This document shows positions 1-13,080 of a stretch of DNA of 64,000 nt, one piece after another. Position 1 is the stretch's first letter. Every line of letters starts with the position of its first letter. The notes below the pieces were generated by a model. That model was not told the origin of the DNA and did not search any database. It worked only from the letters and a program-made list of their open reading frames with translations. Source of the DNA: the human T2T-CHM13v2.0 reference genome, Homo sapiens; NCBI RefSeq assembly GCF_009914755.1, contig NC_060948.1. The stretch is one strand, 5' to 3'. The position numbers and the translations under genes are program-made.

Positions 1-210
1 CATTTATCTCTGTACCTGTTTCTACTGCACACTCAAAATAGCAAGGAAACAGTGTTTTTCTGAGCTTCTTGCAGACTGCCAGGCTTATTGTGGCATTTAG
101 AAACTATCTGCTGAATGTTTGTGACATTTTCATTTAAGTTACATTCTAGGCCACTTGATTCTCATTTTCTATTTAGTATTTGGGTTTGGAGAGCTATTTT
201 TAATTTTAAG

Positions 211-647
211 GTTTTTTTTTTCTTTTTTTTTTTTTTGTTTTATTATCCTGTAAGTTCTAGGGTACATGTACACAACGTGCAGGTTTGTAACATAGGGATA
301 CATGTTCCATGTTTGTTTGCTGCCCCTATCAACTCGTCATTTACATTAGGTATTTCTCCAAATGCTATCCCTCCCTCAACCCCCCACCCCCGCGACCGGC
401 CTCGGTGGGTGATGTTCCCTGCCCTGTGTCCATGTGTTCTCATTGTTCAACTCTCACTTATCAGTGAGAACATGCGGTGTTTGGTTTTCTGTCCTTGTGA
501 TAGTTTGCTTAGTATGATGGTTTCCAGCTTCATCCATGACCCTGCAACCGCAATGAGATACCATCTCATGCCAGTTAGAATGGCGATCATTAAAAAGTGA
601 GGGAATAACAGATGTTGGAGAGGATGTGGAGAAATGGGAACGCTTTT
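211..647 (-). mobile_element. 5'-truncated L1PA 3' end with 5' inversion (twin-priming structure)
   Basis: A poly-T tract is followed by antisense L1 3'UTR (ttctagggtacatgtacacaacgtgcaggtttgt...catccatgaccctgcaa) to ~545. It switches abruptly to sense L1 ORF2-end sequence (caatgagataccatctcatgccagttagaatggcgatcattaaaaagt...ggatgtggagaaatgggaacgctttta) at ~546-647. Confidence 0.85.
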
Positions 648-699
648 AAGTTTTTTTTTGTTTTTTTAAGTATATTTTAAGGATATACTTACACAGACG

Positions 700-1015
700 T
701 GGAGCGGACAGTGTACCCCGTTCAAATTGGAGGCTCTGCTGGAGAGGACAGCCAGGGCACAGAGCGTGGAGGCGCCCTAGGGGGAGGAGAAGGTGCTGCT
801 GTGGACGATATCGTGGCAGTGGTCCAGGTGGTGGTCGAGGAGAAGTCCGATATGGAGAGGCAGGAGGAGGATCAGCGGGCACGGCCATGCCCTGGCCCCA
901 GCACTCCCCAGCCAGTAACAGACTCGTTGGAACTCCGTGAATGCCCCAGGCCGCATGGCCTGCCAGCGGCTGAGGTAGAAGCTTTGGCAGAGGTTCCTGC
1001 CCGGCCTCCGGAGAG
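700..1015 (+). pseudogene. TSPY: TSPY-family pseudogene fragment (exon 1-like)
   Basis: The translation DDIVAVVQVVVEEKSDMERQEEDQRARPCPGPSTPQPVTDSLEL aligns with TSPY exon 1 ([45 protein letters not shown]) and with the paralog at 23107-23270. It is frameshifted and truncated by an LTR fragment. Confidence 0.85.
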
Positions 1016-1305
1016 AGCAATGAGGACAGGTTGTGCGGCTCCGATCCCAGGCAGCATCTAGGGGTGAATGTTTACAGCTCCTGAATCCCCAGCGGCCATG
1101 TGTTATACGATGTTAATTTAGTTTATCCATCTGTAGGCGGCTTGTGTTAGCTCAATAAGACACTCTGCCTTACCGCAAAAACAGAAGGCTTTCTGGATCC
1201 CGGGGTTTCCTGCCTTGGCTCACACGTGGGCTTGGAGAATAAGTGCAAGGTTTCATTGAGTGGAAGTTGTCAGCAGATGGATGGTGAGCCAGAAGGGAGA
1301 TGGAA
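1016..1305 (-). mobile_element. ERV1 LTR fragment (LTR9/HUERS-P3-like), same family as 38651-39400
   Basis: Nearly colinear with 38693-38990 (gcaatgaggacaggttgtg...tctaggggtgaatgtttacagctcctgaatcccc...ggcttggagaataagtgcaaggtttcatt). Confidence 0.7.
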
Positions 1306-1315
1306 TGGGAACATA

Positions 1316-2457
1316 TGCACACCCGTGCCTGTGTGCCTTTGTGTACCTTGGTTTGGGGGGGCCCACACTCCAGCCCACAGATGTGCCTCAAACTCAGCTC
1401 TTGCGCTGGCAAGCAGGGCACCACCAGGTTTGGCAATCCAAATTCAGGACCCCTGAAGCCTACACGCTAGGGAGACGCGAAGAGTCCTCATGGTTCTCAC
1501 AAATGGCAGAGGGAGGAGGAAAAGGGTGGCTGGCTCAAGCTACCTAGAGGAGATGCCATGGACCAGAAATGATATTTGGAGGGAAACAAAACCTAGCTGG
1601 TGCACGTGGGTCCCTTCCACGCCTTGAGGCCTGTTAACACCTGGGGCTCAGTTAGGCTCAACTAAGGCCCTCTTACCCTCCACGCAGAGGTGCACAGGAG
1701 GCAAACCCAGGTCTACGTCCTTCTAGAGTGGCCAGTCCTATCATGTTCTGTTTCAATGACTCCAGGGTCCCCTGACATGCTTTCTCCCTCTGCCACCCTC
1801 ACTCATGCTTCCCCAGCACTGAGACATTTCCTATGACATTAAAAAACAGACATAAAATTTGTAAAATACCTTAATACTATAGATGCAGATAAAGTAATTT
1901 GTTATGAAAAGTGCTCTTCCTCCTTACTTGTATCAGTCTTTTTCATGATGGGGGAAAGAATGCAACATACTTTGGTAAATTAAAAAAGTATAAAAGTAAA
2001 AATAAATCCCACTGTAGATGATCAATTAAATGGCAAGGAACCTTCTGTGTGTGTCCAGCGAAGCAATGTGGCTGAGCATTAAGGCTCACCTGAGTATTGG
2101 TGTAGACACCCAGTTTCCCTCATACCAGTGTGAGTGTGGGCATGTTCCCACCTGCGTGTCTGAGCTGGTGCACGAGTGTGCACACCTGTGCCTGTGTACC
2201 TTTGTGTACCTTGGTTTGTTGGGGGACACACTCCTGCCCACAGGTGTGCCTCAAACTCAGCTCTTGAGCTGGGAAACAGGGAGCCGCCAGGTTTCGCAAT
2301 CCAACTTCAGGACCTGAGAAGCCTGCGCGCTAGGGAGACGCAGAGTCCTCATGGTTCTCCAAACGGCAGAGGGAGGAGGAAAAGGGTGGCTGGCGTAAGC
2401 TACATAGAGGAGATGTCATGGACCTGAAATGACATTCGGAGGGAAATGAAACCTAGC
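1316..2457 (+). repeat. ~280 bp dispersed direct duplication (1316-1597 and 2178-2457) flanking TSPY 3'-end fragments
   Basis: tgcacacc(c/t)gtgcctgtgt...tttgtgtaccttggtttg...gcagagggaggaggaaaagggtggctggc...ggagggaaa...aaacctagc occurs twice. 1640-1820 matches TSPY intron 5 (27000-27185, 44835-45030), and 2028-2115 matches the TSPY terminal region (45108-45195). Confidence 0.85.
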
Positions 2458-2459
2458 AG

Positions 2460-3650
2460 CTGTTTCTATCTTCCTGTGTGTTCAGTCGGGGCATTCAGGG
2501 AAGAAGCAATGGAAACTGAGGGGCTTTGGGATTCGTTGTCTGGGAATCCCTGTGCACCAGAGAGTGCCCAGCCCATGAGACAGGAGGACAGCATGTGGGT
2601 CCGGCAGGGCCTGAGTCTCCAGGGAGGCTGGCATTCTCCCCAAGAGGGCATGGGTCGGCAGGTGGAGGAGAAACCCGGGCTGCGGGGTCAGGTAGATGAG
2701 ACACTTATCACTTAGTCAGGTGGTAGCTCAGAAACAGGCCGGTGACACCCAGTTCCAGTGCTTCATGTGCGCACACAAGCTTCGCCCCACGCATCCTCTC
2801 CAGGATGCCTCACCTGGGTGGATAGGAAGCAAGGCACACCGCATCCTAAGCTTATGGTCATGAGTGGACCCAGAGGGGGGTCTCCAGTATCACTGGTCCC
2901 AGGAGAGGCAGGCATGCATGGTCTCTTCAAGACAGGGGTAAAATGCATAAGCCCAACTCTCCACCCAGTGGGTGTCTTGCCCTGATGATGTCAGCCATGG
3001 CAGATACAGCTCTTCCACCTAGATTGCAGATCCACAGGCTTAAAACATCCCCCGGCATTCTCCGGGAATGGTCCCTGGACTCTGGACCAGCCAGTGCCCC
3101 AGGACTGTTCCTTCCCAGCCGCCAAGCTCATGGGAGGCTCAGTGGGGACTCTCCTCCTAGTACATGGCCATCCACAGGCACTGTCAACAACCCAGGGCCC
3201 TTCTACATTCTGGGGTCCTGCCACCTTACCCAGCAGCGGGATAATGGGAAGGGAAAGAGCTGGAACAGACAGAGTGGAGGCCACAAGCCTCACACTCCTG
3301 CATGGCAAGTGAAGGGGGGGGATCCTTTTCAGCCCAGGGAGCTGCTTCCTGAACATACCTGGAAGCCCAGCACAAGCTGAGGGATTCATTCCACTACAGC
3401 TGGGCATGGGGGATTTCAATGTGTGTCGGAGCCCTGGATCCTAGTCGCCCTACCAGGTGTACTTCTCCTCCAGGTCACATTATGTTCACAACCTCTTTAA
3501 CCCAGATGGACTCCTCCTCATCATCACATGGTGTTGGCTGTAAGGGTTACTTCTGGTGCCCCAGCTGCTGTTTCAAGGTGCAGAGATGGACCAGCAGACC
3601 CCTGAGTCCTTGTCCTCCTGTCCAAGTAATATCCATAGAAATAGTAAAAT
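2460..3650. other. GC-rich non-repeat segment downstream of TSPY 3' fragments; possibly FAM197Y/TTTY-like TSPY-array-associated sequence
   Basis: It lies immediately after TSPY 3' sequence and has several pyrimidine-tract/AG acceptor-like sites on the + strand. Identity is inferred from context only. Confidence 0.3.
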
Positions 3651-3916
3651 AGTGGCACGTTAGACCTCTTGACATTTTTAAGGCTGACATGTTTACAAGC
3701 ATTTCATCCAGATATTTATGAGTTTTTATCTCATTTATTTTATTTATTTATAGCTGTCATTTCAAAATCTATTTTTGCTTGAGAGTTATTTATACATGTA
3801 ACCAAATGTTCAGAGCTATGACATATAGGTTTCAAGGTTAAAAGTCTGTATCTGCTATTGTGTTGGGTAAAACCCATCCAGCACTTACAAAAATAATTAT
3901 TGATTAGGCATGGCCA

Positions 3917-4460
3917 CTGTAGTGGTCTAAAACACACTTTGAAATTCTTCTCAAACTCATTTGAAAATATTCCTGATGTAACTGAACATAGTACTTGCTT
4001 CTAATGCTTTCTAATAGAAAACAGGGCAAGCATTTTCTAGATACTGGGCCACCTCTGGCGTAGGCTAGAAAAGGTGACACAGCTGTGCCTAAGTCTCCTG
4101 CTTTCATGGGGACAAACCCCTTAGGAGAGCCCTGGACCAGTACATCACGAAGTCTAACACCCTGATAACACTATACAGAAGGGACATGCCATGGAAAGAC
4201 TCATAGAAATAGGAGATGCCCAAGGATCTCAGCATTCCAGCCCCAGCTATTTGAGTCATGCTAGCCATGGAACCAGGGAGACAGGAAGACAACTGACAAT
4301 GTCCCCATCCTGAGCCATCACTAGACTGCATCCTCCTGAGTGCCCCTGAACCACAATCATTTGGCTGAGAGACTACGGAAGATTGCAGAGACTGAGAGTT
4401 AGTAAATTATAATGATTGTTTTAAGCCATTACATTTTAGATAATTTTGAAAAGCTCTTTA
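3917..4460 (+). mobile_element. MLT1-type MaLR LTR (ancient)
   Basis: Starts tgtagtggtc and carries typical MLT1 3' motifs (ccagccccagctatttgagtc; aatgattgttttaagccattacatttt). Confidence 0.6.
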
Positions 4461-4914
4461 GACTCCTAGAAAAACTGAGTTGTCTACTGATTTGAATAAT
4501 TGTGGAGAGCTTTAAAGGCCAATGTCACGAATGCTAATACCCTGGAAAAGTCAAACTATCAAGACTCTTCAAAACACAACAGATCTTTAATGTCCCTTTG
4601 CTATGGCTGGAGAATAATCTAACATGTATCTGATAGACCTTTTGGAAAGCCTCTGTTCACATCTCTCGGCCTGGTATGGGTCAACTCTGGTCTGGTTTAA
4701 TTCTAGGCAACTGCAGCAGCTCACCTTTCATTTTAGGTCGTGGCCTACACTGATTTTTTGATCACTGACTGTGTCTGTGTCTGTGCGTGTATGTTTTGTG
4801 TGTTACCATACTTTATCCGAAAGACCTAAATAATAGTGTTATAGTTTTTTTGTGAACATAAAGCATTCCAGGAAGACAATATTGCTTATCTACTGAGCTT
4901 TAAAACAGATATGA

Positions 4915-5175
4915 GGCAGGGCACAGAGGCTCACAGGTGCATTCCCAGCAGTTTGGCAGGCCAAGGTGGGCAGATTTCTTGATGTCAGGAGTTTGAGACG
5001 AGCCTGGACAACATGGCAAGATCTCATGTCTAATATCATATGAAAGCTAGCCAGCCTTGGTGGCCCATGCATATTATCCCAAACCCTGGGGACAGAGTTT
5101 GCCCTGTATTAAGATTATGCCACTGTGCTCCAGCCTGGGCACCAGAGTGAGACTCTGTCTCAGAAATAAAAACAA
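4915..5175 (+). mobile_element. Degenerate Alu (internally deleted)
   Basis: ggcagggcacagaggctcac...tcccagcagtttggcaggccaaggtgggcag...tgccactgtgctccagcctgggcaccagagtgagactctgtctc, followed by an A-rich tail. Confidence 0.85.
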
Positions 5176-5230
5176 ATAATAAAATACTAAAATAGATAGG
5201 AGAGATCACTGAAGAGAGAAATGAATAAAA

Positions 5231-5531
5231 CTGGGTGGGTATTGTGGCTTATGCCTGAAATCCCAGCACTTTGAGAGTCTGAGGTGGGTGGATCACTTGA
5301 AGACAGGAGTTCGAGACCAGCCTGAGCAAATATTGTGAAAACTGGTCTCTACTAAAAATACAAAAAAGAAAAAATAGGTAGGATTAGTGTCATATGCCTG
5401 CAGTTGCAGCTGCTCAGGAGGGTGTGACTGGACAATTGCTTGAACCCAGGATGGGGAGGTTGTAGTGAGCTGAGATCATGCCACTGCACACCAGCCTAGG
5501 CAACAGAGCAGAATTCTGTCTTCAAAAAAAA
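5231..5531 (+). mobile_element. Alu
   Basis: Two-arm Alu with A-rich linker (ctactaaaaatacaaaaaag) and A tail. Confidence 0.9.
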
Positions 5532-5637
5532 TCAAAGAGAGAAAAAGAGAGAGGGAGGAAGGAAGGAAGGAAGAATGGAAGGAAGGAAGGTTGGAGGGAG
5601 GGAGGGAATAAGGAAGGGAGAGAAGAGAGAATGAAAG
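5532..5637 (+). repeat. Purine-rich (GGAA/GA)n simple repeat
   Basis: gagagggaggaaggaaggaaggaagaatggaaggaaggaagg..., derived from the Alu tail. Confidence 0.9.
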
Positions 5638-6236
5638 GTATAAAACCAACAGGAAATGAATAAAAATAAAAACTTGCCATTTTGCCCATTATCCACATGA
5701 ATTTTTGAACTATGTTTAAAACAATATTTAGGTCTCTAGTCGACTAACTGAAAGTTTAAAATAAGCTAGTGTATATTGTCAAAATTACTCATGTAACTAT
5801 GGTATTAACTAACATTCTTGTAGTTTTCAACAACCAAATCATTTTAATGTTTATCATCAAATCACATACTAGTGAGTGCAGGGTAGTCTGTTATGCTGCC
5901 TAATCTACACTAAATTAAAAATGAAATCAAATCTGCAAAAGGCTTTACAGTTACTATTACCAGTAAAGACTGTTTTGTTTCCTGACTTGTGGAGGTTTTT
6001 ATTTCCACAGTGTTGAGGGCTCTGGCAGAAAGCTTTCTTGGTCCAAACTCACCACTTATCATCACAGTATTTATGTGTCAGGCATTAAGGGGAATGAGCA
6101 TCCAATCCCACTGCTTTTCTGCATTGGTTCCCATGCACAAGCAAATGTGCTGTGTTAGTGATTATCAAATATTCTTACATTTGATCAAGGAAATTTGTGT
6201 TTTCCAAACTGTAAAACAAAAATATTACTATCAGTT

Positions 6237-6393
6237 GTATTTTTATTATTTATTTACTTAGAGGCAGGGTGTTGCTCTGTCATCAGGCTGAATCATACAT
6301 CACTGTAGTGCCAGACTTTTGGGCTCAGAGGATCCTCCAACAGCAGCCTCCCAAAGTACTGAAATTACAGACCTAAGACATTGCACTCAGCCT
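6237..6393 (-). mobile_element. Degenerate Alu monomer
   Basis: T-rich tail, then agaggcagggtgttgctctgtc...gcctcccaaagtactgaaattacagacctaagacattgcactcagcc. Confidence 0.75.
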
Positions 6394-6636
6394 CAAGTTT
6401 AGAGAGAAAGGCTAAGGAATATATTGTAAACTATGTAAATAAACATAATTGCATGCTCTCTAGAGAGCTGGAAGAAACCCCTGCAAAACTGCCATTGTGG
6501 ACAAGGCTGCTGACAACAATGTAATGCAAGCAAAGGAGTGGGTCCTTCCCCACTGAGCCTTCAGATGATACCAGAGGCCAGCTTGGCATTTCCACTGCAG
6601 CTTTTTGAGAGAACATGAAACATAGGTGTCTGCGTT

Positions 6637-6638
<2 letters not shown>

Positions 6639-6667
<29 letters not shown>
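6639..6667 (+). repeat. (TG)n microsatellite
   Basis: About 14 TG units. Confidence 0.95.
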
Positions 6668-7979
6668 AAGCATACATACAGAACCTGTTGAACAAACTAG
6701 GATCACCCACACAATGGAATATGATGTAGCTTTTTGTAGATCTGGTAGAATTCATCCGAATCTATCAGTTTCTGGGCTTTTTTTTTTTGGCTGGTTGGTC
6801 ACTTATTACTAATAATTCCATTTTGGAAATTGAAATTGGTCAGGTTGGAGCTGAGACTGTGTCCACTTACATTCTCTTGTGGAACACAGAATGGCATGCT
6901 TGTAATTTTGGCTGTGATGGTTACTGGAAGGTCTCTGCACAGATAGGCTAGCTTTCTGCCAGCAGCAAGAGGGCCTAGGACTGACAATCAGCTCCCTTGA
7001 TATCTGCTGTTGAACAGTGGGAAGAGCTAGAGCTGAGACTGGGATTCTCTGTTTCTGAATAAAGTCATGTGCTCTAGAGATTCTAACGCCCCAGTGATTT
7101 CCATTAGATATATCAGAAGTGATCTTCCTTCCAGGGGTACTAAGGCTTATTATATAAACTACTTGCCCACTGCATCCAGGTAGGGCCAGAAACTTCATCC
7201 TTCACTACTAAATTGCCTCTGCTTTTCAGCCTGGGGATGGGTGGAGCACACAGGGCTAGGATGGTCAAAAGTATGGCAGCTGAGATTGGGTGGGGACACA
7301 TGCCCCTTCTGTGGATAATCACCAAGCTGCCTCTTTGTCACAGCCTTGGAATTTTGCAGAGAAAATCACTGTGGGATTTGGCAGTTAGTCAGTGATTTGA
7401 GCCTGGCAGACCCATCAACCATGGTTTGTTGCTGCAGAATAATGCTGTTGCTTCCCTTCTCTGACGGTGCACCTCTGCTGGCTGGAATGCAAAGCCACTG
7501 GTAAGATTACTGTTATGATCCCTGTAAGCCCCATCCATGTACTTTGTTTCTAACTGACCCCAGTTGTCTGATACCCGCAATGTTTCCCACAGGGTAAGAC
7601 TAGAGAGAACATCACGTGAAGAATTGCAAAATGGAAAAGAAAAGGCTGAATGTACACCTTCAACTCTCTCCTCCCTGAAGAAACTGTGAGTCCGGGGAAA
7701 TTTTTTGTACGCAACACTATGCTGGCTTGGGGGGGAGAAAAGTATCACATTAAAACTGTTATTTTATCCTATTTGTGTGGCTATTCTTAGTTCTACAGTC
7801 GAAGAAGGTGTCACAGATTCAATCGCAAGTTATGGAATCATTCACTAAGGTGTCCTTACCTAAGGATAGTTGTGAGTTAAGGTTTTTGTTTCTCAGAGAG
7901 GGAGGGAGTTAGTAGAATCGCAGAATGCCTGTTGTGTCACATCAGACCCCAGAAACAGGCAAGTTGAAAGACTGCTCCA

Positions 7980-8290
<311 letters not shown>

Positions 8291-8485
8291 CTAAGGGAGG
8301 AGGAGTTTAAAAGGTTGGGGTGCTTCCATGGAGAAGCTGAAAGCTAGAGCAAGCCAAGGGTTGGATTTAAGGAAGAGCTCACGGGACCATTGAAAACCAC
8401 CTCTTTGTCCTCTATGGAATGAAGGAAATAGTGAATTCTGAGCTCCACTGCTTACTGATATAGGCAAGTTATCAACCAGAGATAC

Positions 8486-8927
8486 ATGTCTTAATCTGTT
8501 TGTGTTCCTAAAAAAGACTGTGAGACTGGGAAATTTATAAAGAAAAGAGCTTTCATTGGATCCTGGTTCTGCAGGCTGTAAAAGATGTGTGGTGCCAGCA
8601 TCTGCATCTGGTGAGAGCCTCACCAGGCTTCCACTCAGGATGGAACATAAAAGGAAAACAGTCACGTCATGTGTGGAGAGAAGAGAAGGGGAGAGAGAGA
8701 AGAGGAGAAGGTATAAGGCTCTTTTCAACAAACTATTTGGATGTAATCTAGACTGTGGCAATAATACGGTGGAAAACTCACTTATTAACCATTGCAAGGC
8801 AGCCAGGCTATTTATGAGGGATCCATCCCCATGACCCAAACAAACACCTCCCACTAGGTGTCATTTACAGTGTGGAGGACCATATTTCAACCTGAGACTT
8901 GGAGGAAAAAATGTCCAAACTACATCA
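8486..8927 (-). mobile_element. MST-type MaLR LTR
   Basis: tgtcttaatctgtttgtgtt...gagactgggaaatttataaagaaaagag...ggttctgcaggctgta...gcatctggtgagagcctc...acctcccactagg...caaactacatca (TG...CA ends). Confidence 0.85.
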
Positions 8928-9259
8928 ATAGGCAAGTTTAAAAATCATGCAGAGTTATTGTAAAACAATCCTTTTTCCTCTTTAGAATCCTGGAACTACA
9001 AAATGCTGGGATTCATTAGCTTCCAGAGATTGGTAAGTTAGTGTGCAAACTCTTAGGCAGCAACCTGAGAAGTCAAGGCCATAGTTGAGTAGTTCGACTT
9101 CTTGGAAGGAAAATTTAGAAGCTCAGTATATTGCTAGAGTGAGTGATTATGAAGACTGATGAGAAATGCCTATGTGCCTGCTCTCAGAGGACCTTGACAG
9201 ATCCAAAAGTCAAAATTAGAAACAAGATACCTGGGCAAAAGCTATAAAAGTCAAGATAA

Positions 9260-9579
9260 GGCTGGGTGCAGGCTCATGCCTGTAATCCCAGCACTTTGGC
9301 AGGATGAGGAAGGTGGATGAGCTGAGGTCAGGAGTTTGAGACCAGCCTGACCAACATTGTGAAAACTTGTCTCTACTAAGAAATACAAAAGTTAGCCTGG
9401 CATGGTCACAGGTGCCTCAGGAGGCTGAGACAGGGGAATATCCGTTACTCAGGAGGCTGAGACAGGGGAACCACTTGAGCCTGGGAGGCAGAGTTTTCAG
9501 TGAGCCGAGATCATGCTATTGCACTCCAGCCTGTGCAGCAGAGCAAGACTCCATCTCAAAAGAAAAAAGAAGAAAAAAA
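9260..9579 (+). mobile_element. Alu with an internal ~22 bp duplication
   Basis: Canonical Alu arms; ctcaggaggctgagacaggggaa occurs twice (9416-9438 and 9448-9470). Confidence 0.9.
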
Positions 9580-10349
9580 GTCAAGACGTTAGATGTACAA
9601 TCTAAGATTTTCGAGGAACAAGGTGGGAGCTGAGCTTTCTTGACTGCTTAAGATTCAGTAAACCAGGAGGAAACAGTTTTAGAAGTGCTTGAATGTCTAC
9701 TTAAATCCTTCTTTTATCTTGGAGGTCCTAGGAGAGCTTTGAATGCCAATCTGTGCTAGAATCCAGGGATAGGCAATCATTTCGTTAAGAAGCAGCTGTA
9801 ACAGTTGGGGCATTACATATGTGGTTTAATACTTCAGTCCTCTTAGAGAAGCTGTGAAATAACAGTTCTCTATTGACTCTAGGGTCATGTGTCAGCCACA
9901 AATTCTAGAACAAGATCATGATTCAGTTTTTCTTACTTCTTTTTAAGTGAGTATTTTCATAATCCTATGTGCAAGAGTATCTCAACTAGTTTCTGAGTTT
10001 ATCTCATAGGGAATTGATGTGGGTGTGGCTTTTTATTTGTTGCGTTTGTGGATGGAGGAACAAATTAGAGCCTCCTATTTTATCACCTTGTTGGAGATAC
10101 CCTTTTAATTTTTTACTTATTTAAAAAAATTTGTACATAACAGTTGTAAATACTTTTGGCATACATGTGATATTTTGATACAAGTAATGTGAACTGGTAA
10201 GCGAGGGATCAAAGAGGGGATGGGGGTGGGTTAAATTATACTTGCTTAGAAGGAATAATATCTAGTGTTCAGTGGCACAGGATGACTACACTTAATAATG
10301 ATTTATTGTACATCTCAAAATAATTAATAGAGCGAAGGTGGAATGTCTC

Positions 10350-10610
10350 CCAGGTTAAAGTGCATGGCACAATATCGGCTCAATGCAGCCTCAGCCTTCC
10401 AGGTTTAAACGATTCTCCTGCCTGAGCCTCCCAATTAATTGTAACACACTACAGGCAAATGCCACCACACTGGGCTAATTTTTATATTTTTGCTAGAGAA
10501 GGGATTTCATGGTGTTGGCCAGCCTGGTTTTCAACTCCTGACCTAAAGGTATCTGCAAGCCTCAGCTTCCCAAGTGTTGGAATTAAAGACCTGAGTCATC
10601 ACACCTGGAC
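10350..10610 (-). mobile_element. Degenerate Alu
   Basis: ccaggttaaagtgcatggcacaatatcggctc...gattctcctgcctgagcctccc...ctcctgacctaaagg...cacacctggac. Confidence 0.85.
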
Positions 10611-11080
10611 AGTAAGATACACAAGACTAGGGAGTTGTATCTTTTCACTTCATCCTCACAATCCTATGTTATAGGTGAATGAAAACACAAATTCATAACA
10701 TGAATAATTCACTTAAAAATCGAAGTTGGTAACTTCTCCCTTTAAAATTATTTGCACCCTTACCCTATAAAAAGTGATGATCTTGTAAAATTTTCTCAAG
10801 AAAATACTCCTTCCTTGCAGATTAGTCTGTTAATTGTAAAAGTTATGGACTTCAAAACTTCAGGAACTTCATGTGTTTCATTTCTTTAGGTTGTATAATC
10901 AGGAAAAGTAATTGGTTTAGTTATTTAGGTCCAAATATTTTTATTTTTAACATTCGATGATTTCTTAAACCTTTAAGCAATCCCATCTGAAACTTTATGC
11001 AGTTATGTTTTATACACTTCATTGTCCCAAAAGTGTGAGGTTTAAAGCATTTCCATTCATATCATCAATTAAATCTGATA

Positions 11081-11369
11081 GGCTGAGAGTGGTGGCTCAT
11101 GCCTGTAATCTTAGGATTACACTTTGGGAGTCTGAGGAGGATGGATCAGGATTTTAAAGAATGGCCTGGCAAACATGGTGAAATGCAGTCTGTACTAAAA
11201 ATACGAAAAATTAGCCAGCTGTGGTGCATACTTATCTAATACCAGTTACTCAGGATGCTGAGGCAGAAGAAGAGCTTGACCCAGAAGGCGGAGTTTGCAG
11301 TAAGCCAAGATGGAGCCACTGCACCCCCGCTTGGGTGACAAAGCTATGTTTCATCTCAAAAAAAAAAAA
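11081..11369 (+). mobile_element. Alu
   Basis: ggctgagagtggtggctcatgcctgtaatc...tactaaaaatacgaaaaattagcc...catctc, followed by poly-A. Confidence 0.9.
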
Positions 11370-13080
11370 CTGATAAAATCCCAACCATTCTAAATTATTC
11401 CTATTTGTAAGAACTTATTACTAAACTGTTATAACAACCACTGCCAAAACTTTCAAGAAAAAATTATCATGAGTACCACCCAAGACAAAACACCTACTTT
11501 CCACTATTTAAACTAGGAACATTTAATTTCATCATGCTATGCACTTCAGAAACTTAGCTAGTTCAGTTTTGATTTAGGTTAAAAAAAAAAAAGGTTTCAT
11601 TATCATATCCTCTTTCAGTCACAGAACGCTTCAAGTAGAATGTTCCAGATGTTTTAAACTTTAGTATCAACCCCATCTATTTATTTCCTTTGACCTGTAC
11701 TATTCCTCTAAAAGATAAACGTTTTATGGTGAGGCAGACAGTTTTGTAGTCTTTCTGAAGGCTTCTCAAACATTTTAAGCTTGTAAGTTTTTAAAGAGAA
11801 ACAGCCTAATTAGAAAACTTGTGCCGCTTGCAAGGGAGATGTAACATATGCCTAATTTTGTATCTATTTATGTTCAAAGAAACAAAGGAAAATGTTCAGC
11901 AAACAACAGAATTTACTCTCCTATTGAATTTTCTTTTAAGCATGTGCAGCTAACCAATAACATCAGGAATTTTCTATTACTGTAAAATTTTATTCTGAAC
12001 ATTTTAATGTAGATATTACATCTAAACAGATAGTTTTCAAATAGCATTAACAAGTATGAAATTACTTTGAAGAAAATTATTTTTCCTTTGAATACCTCAA
12101 AACCTTCATGGAGGAAGTTAGTATCTACCTGTCTCCACAAAGCCCATATGCTTCTTTTAGTAATATGCAGGTAACAATGCAGAAATAACATTTCAATTTT
12201 CGATTTGCAAACAAGGTTTGGTATGCAATAACTATTATTTGGAATACTTGCTTTAATATCTGCTTCAGTCTCCTTTTCAGATCGACTTTCCCGACCATCT
12301 ACTGTAGATGCCACATAACTTCAGTTACCATATGCTTCACGACGAGCAGGGTGAACCCTACCCAGAGAAGGTGGATTCCTTTGGTCTTTTCTGCCAGTGT
12401 GCTCATGACCACAAAAGTAAAAATCACCGCAGCTTCTTGAGTAACTTTCTTGACTTCTGCCCTATGTATCTCGTGTATTGTTATAATCAGGGTGGCTGCT
12501 TCCACCATAAGACATCCGAGGCCCTCTTGCAGGTGGTGCACCATGAGAGGTCCCTGCAGGGTTGATAAAATAATATGTGGGACTATATTTAAACACTTTT
12601 ACTGCCACCACTAAAGGATGAATTAGTTAAAGTCCTATTTGGAAATATCTGCTTTCCTCTGCCCTTGTTGACAGGATAGATATTAATTAAGCCTGCATTG
12701 GTCAGAAGGTTTTATTTAAAAGAAGTGTAAGAGTAGTATTTTGAAGCTTAACAAATTTAATTCTGAAGTAAACGTTGAGTCACTTTTTCTGCACATGAAG
12801 TTCTCTCCTTCATATCGTTCCCTACACTTTATACTGTTAGACTACTCAATATTTAAATATGTTATATTGTCCTTTATAATTTTCCTTAGAATTTCATTAA
12901 AATAATGATCTGGACTATTACATAAAATTCTTTAATTTAAAAATCCATCCTGGACTCTTACCATATCCCTGAAATTCATTTTTGTAAGAACTTCCACTTG
13001 TACGATCAGAATGATCTCTACCACGGGTTTCGTCGTAGCCACCACTATCACTAAATTGAAAAAAAAAATTTTTAATGTCA

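Noticed and set aside
6830-7750. Moderately GC-rich stretch with several 60-130 aa ORFs
   Set aside because: No recognisable domain or consistent frame. It follows an antisense L1 fragment (6730-6840) and is probably old L1/LTR sequence, but I could not resolve it.
8291-8854. 187-aa hydrophobic ORF
   Set aside because: It mostly overlaps an MST MaLR LTR and shows no recognisable protein similarity.
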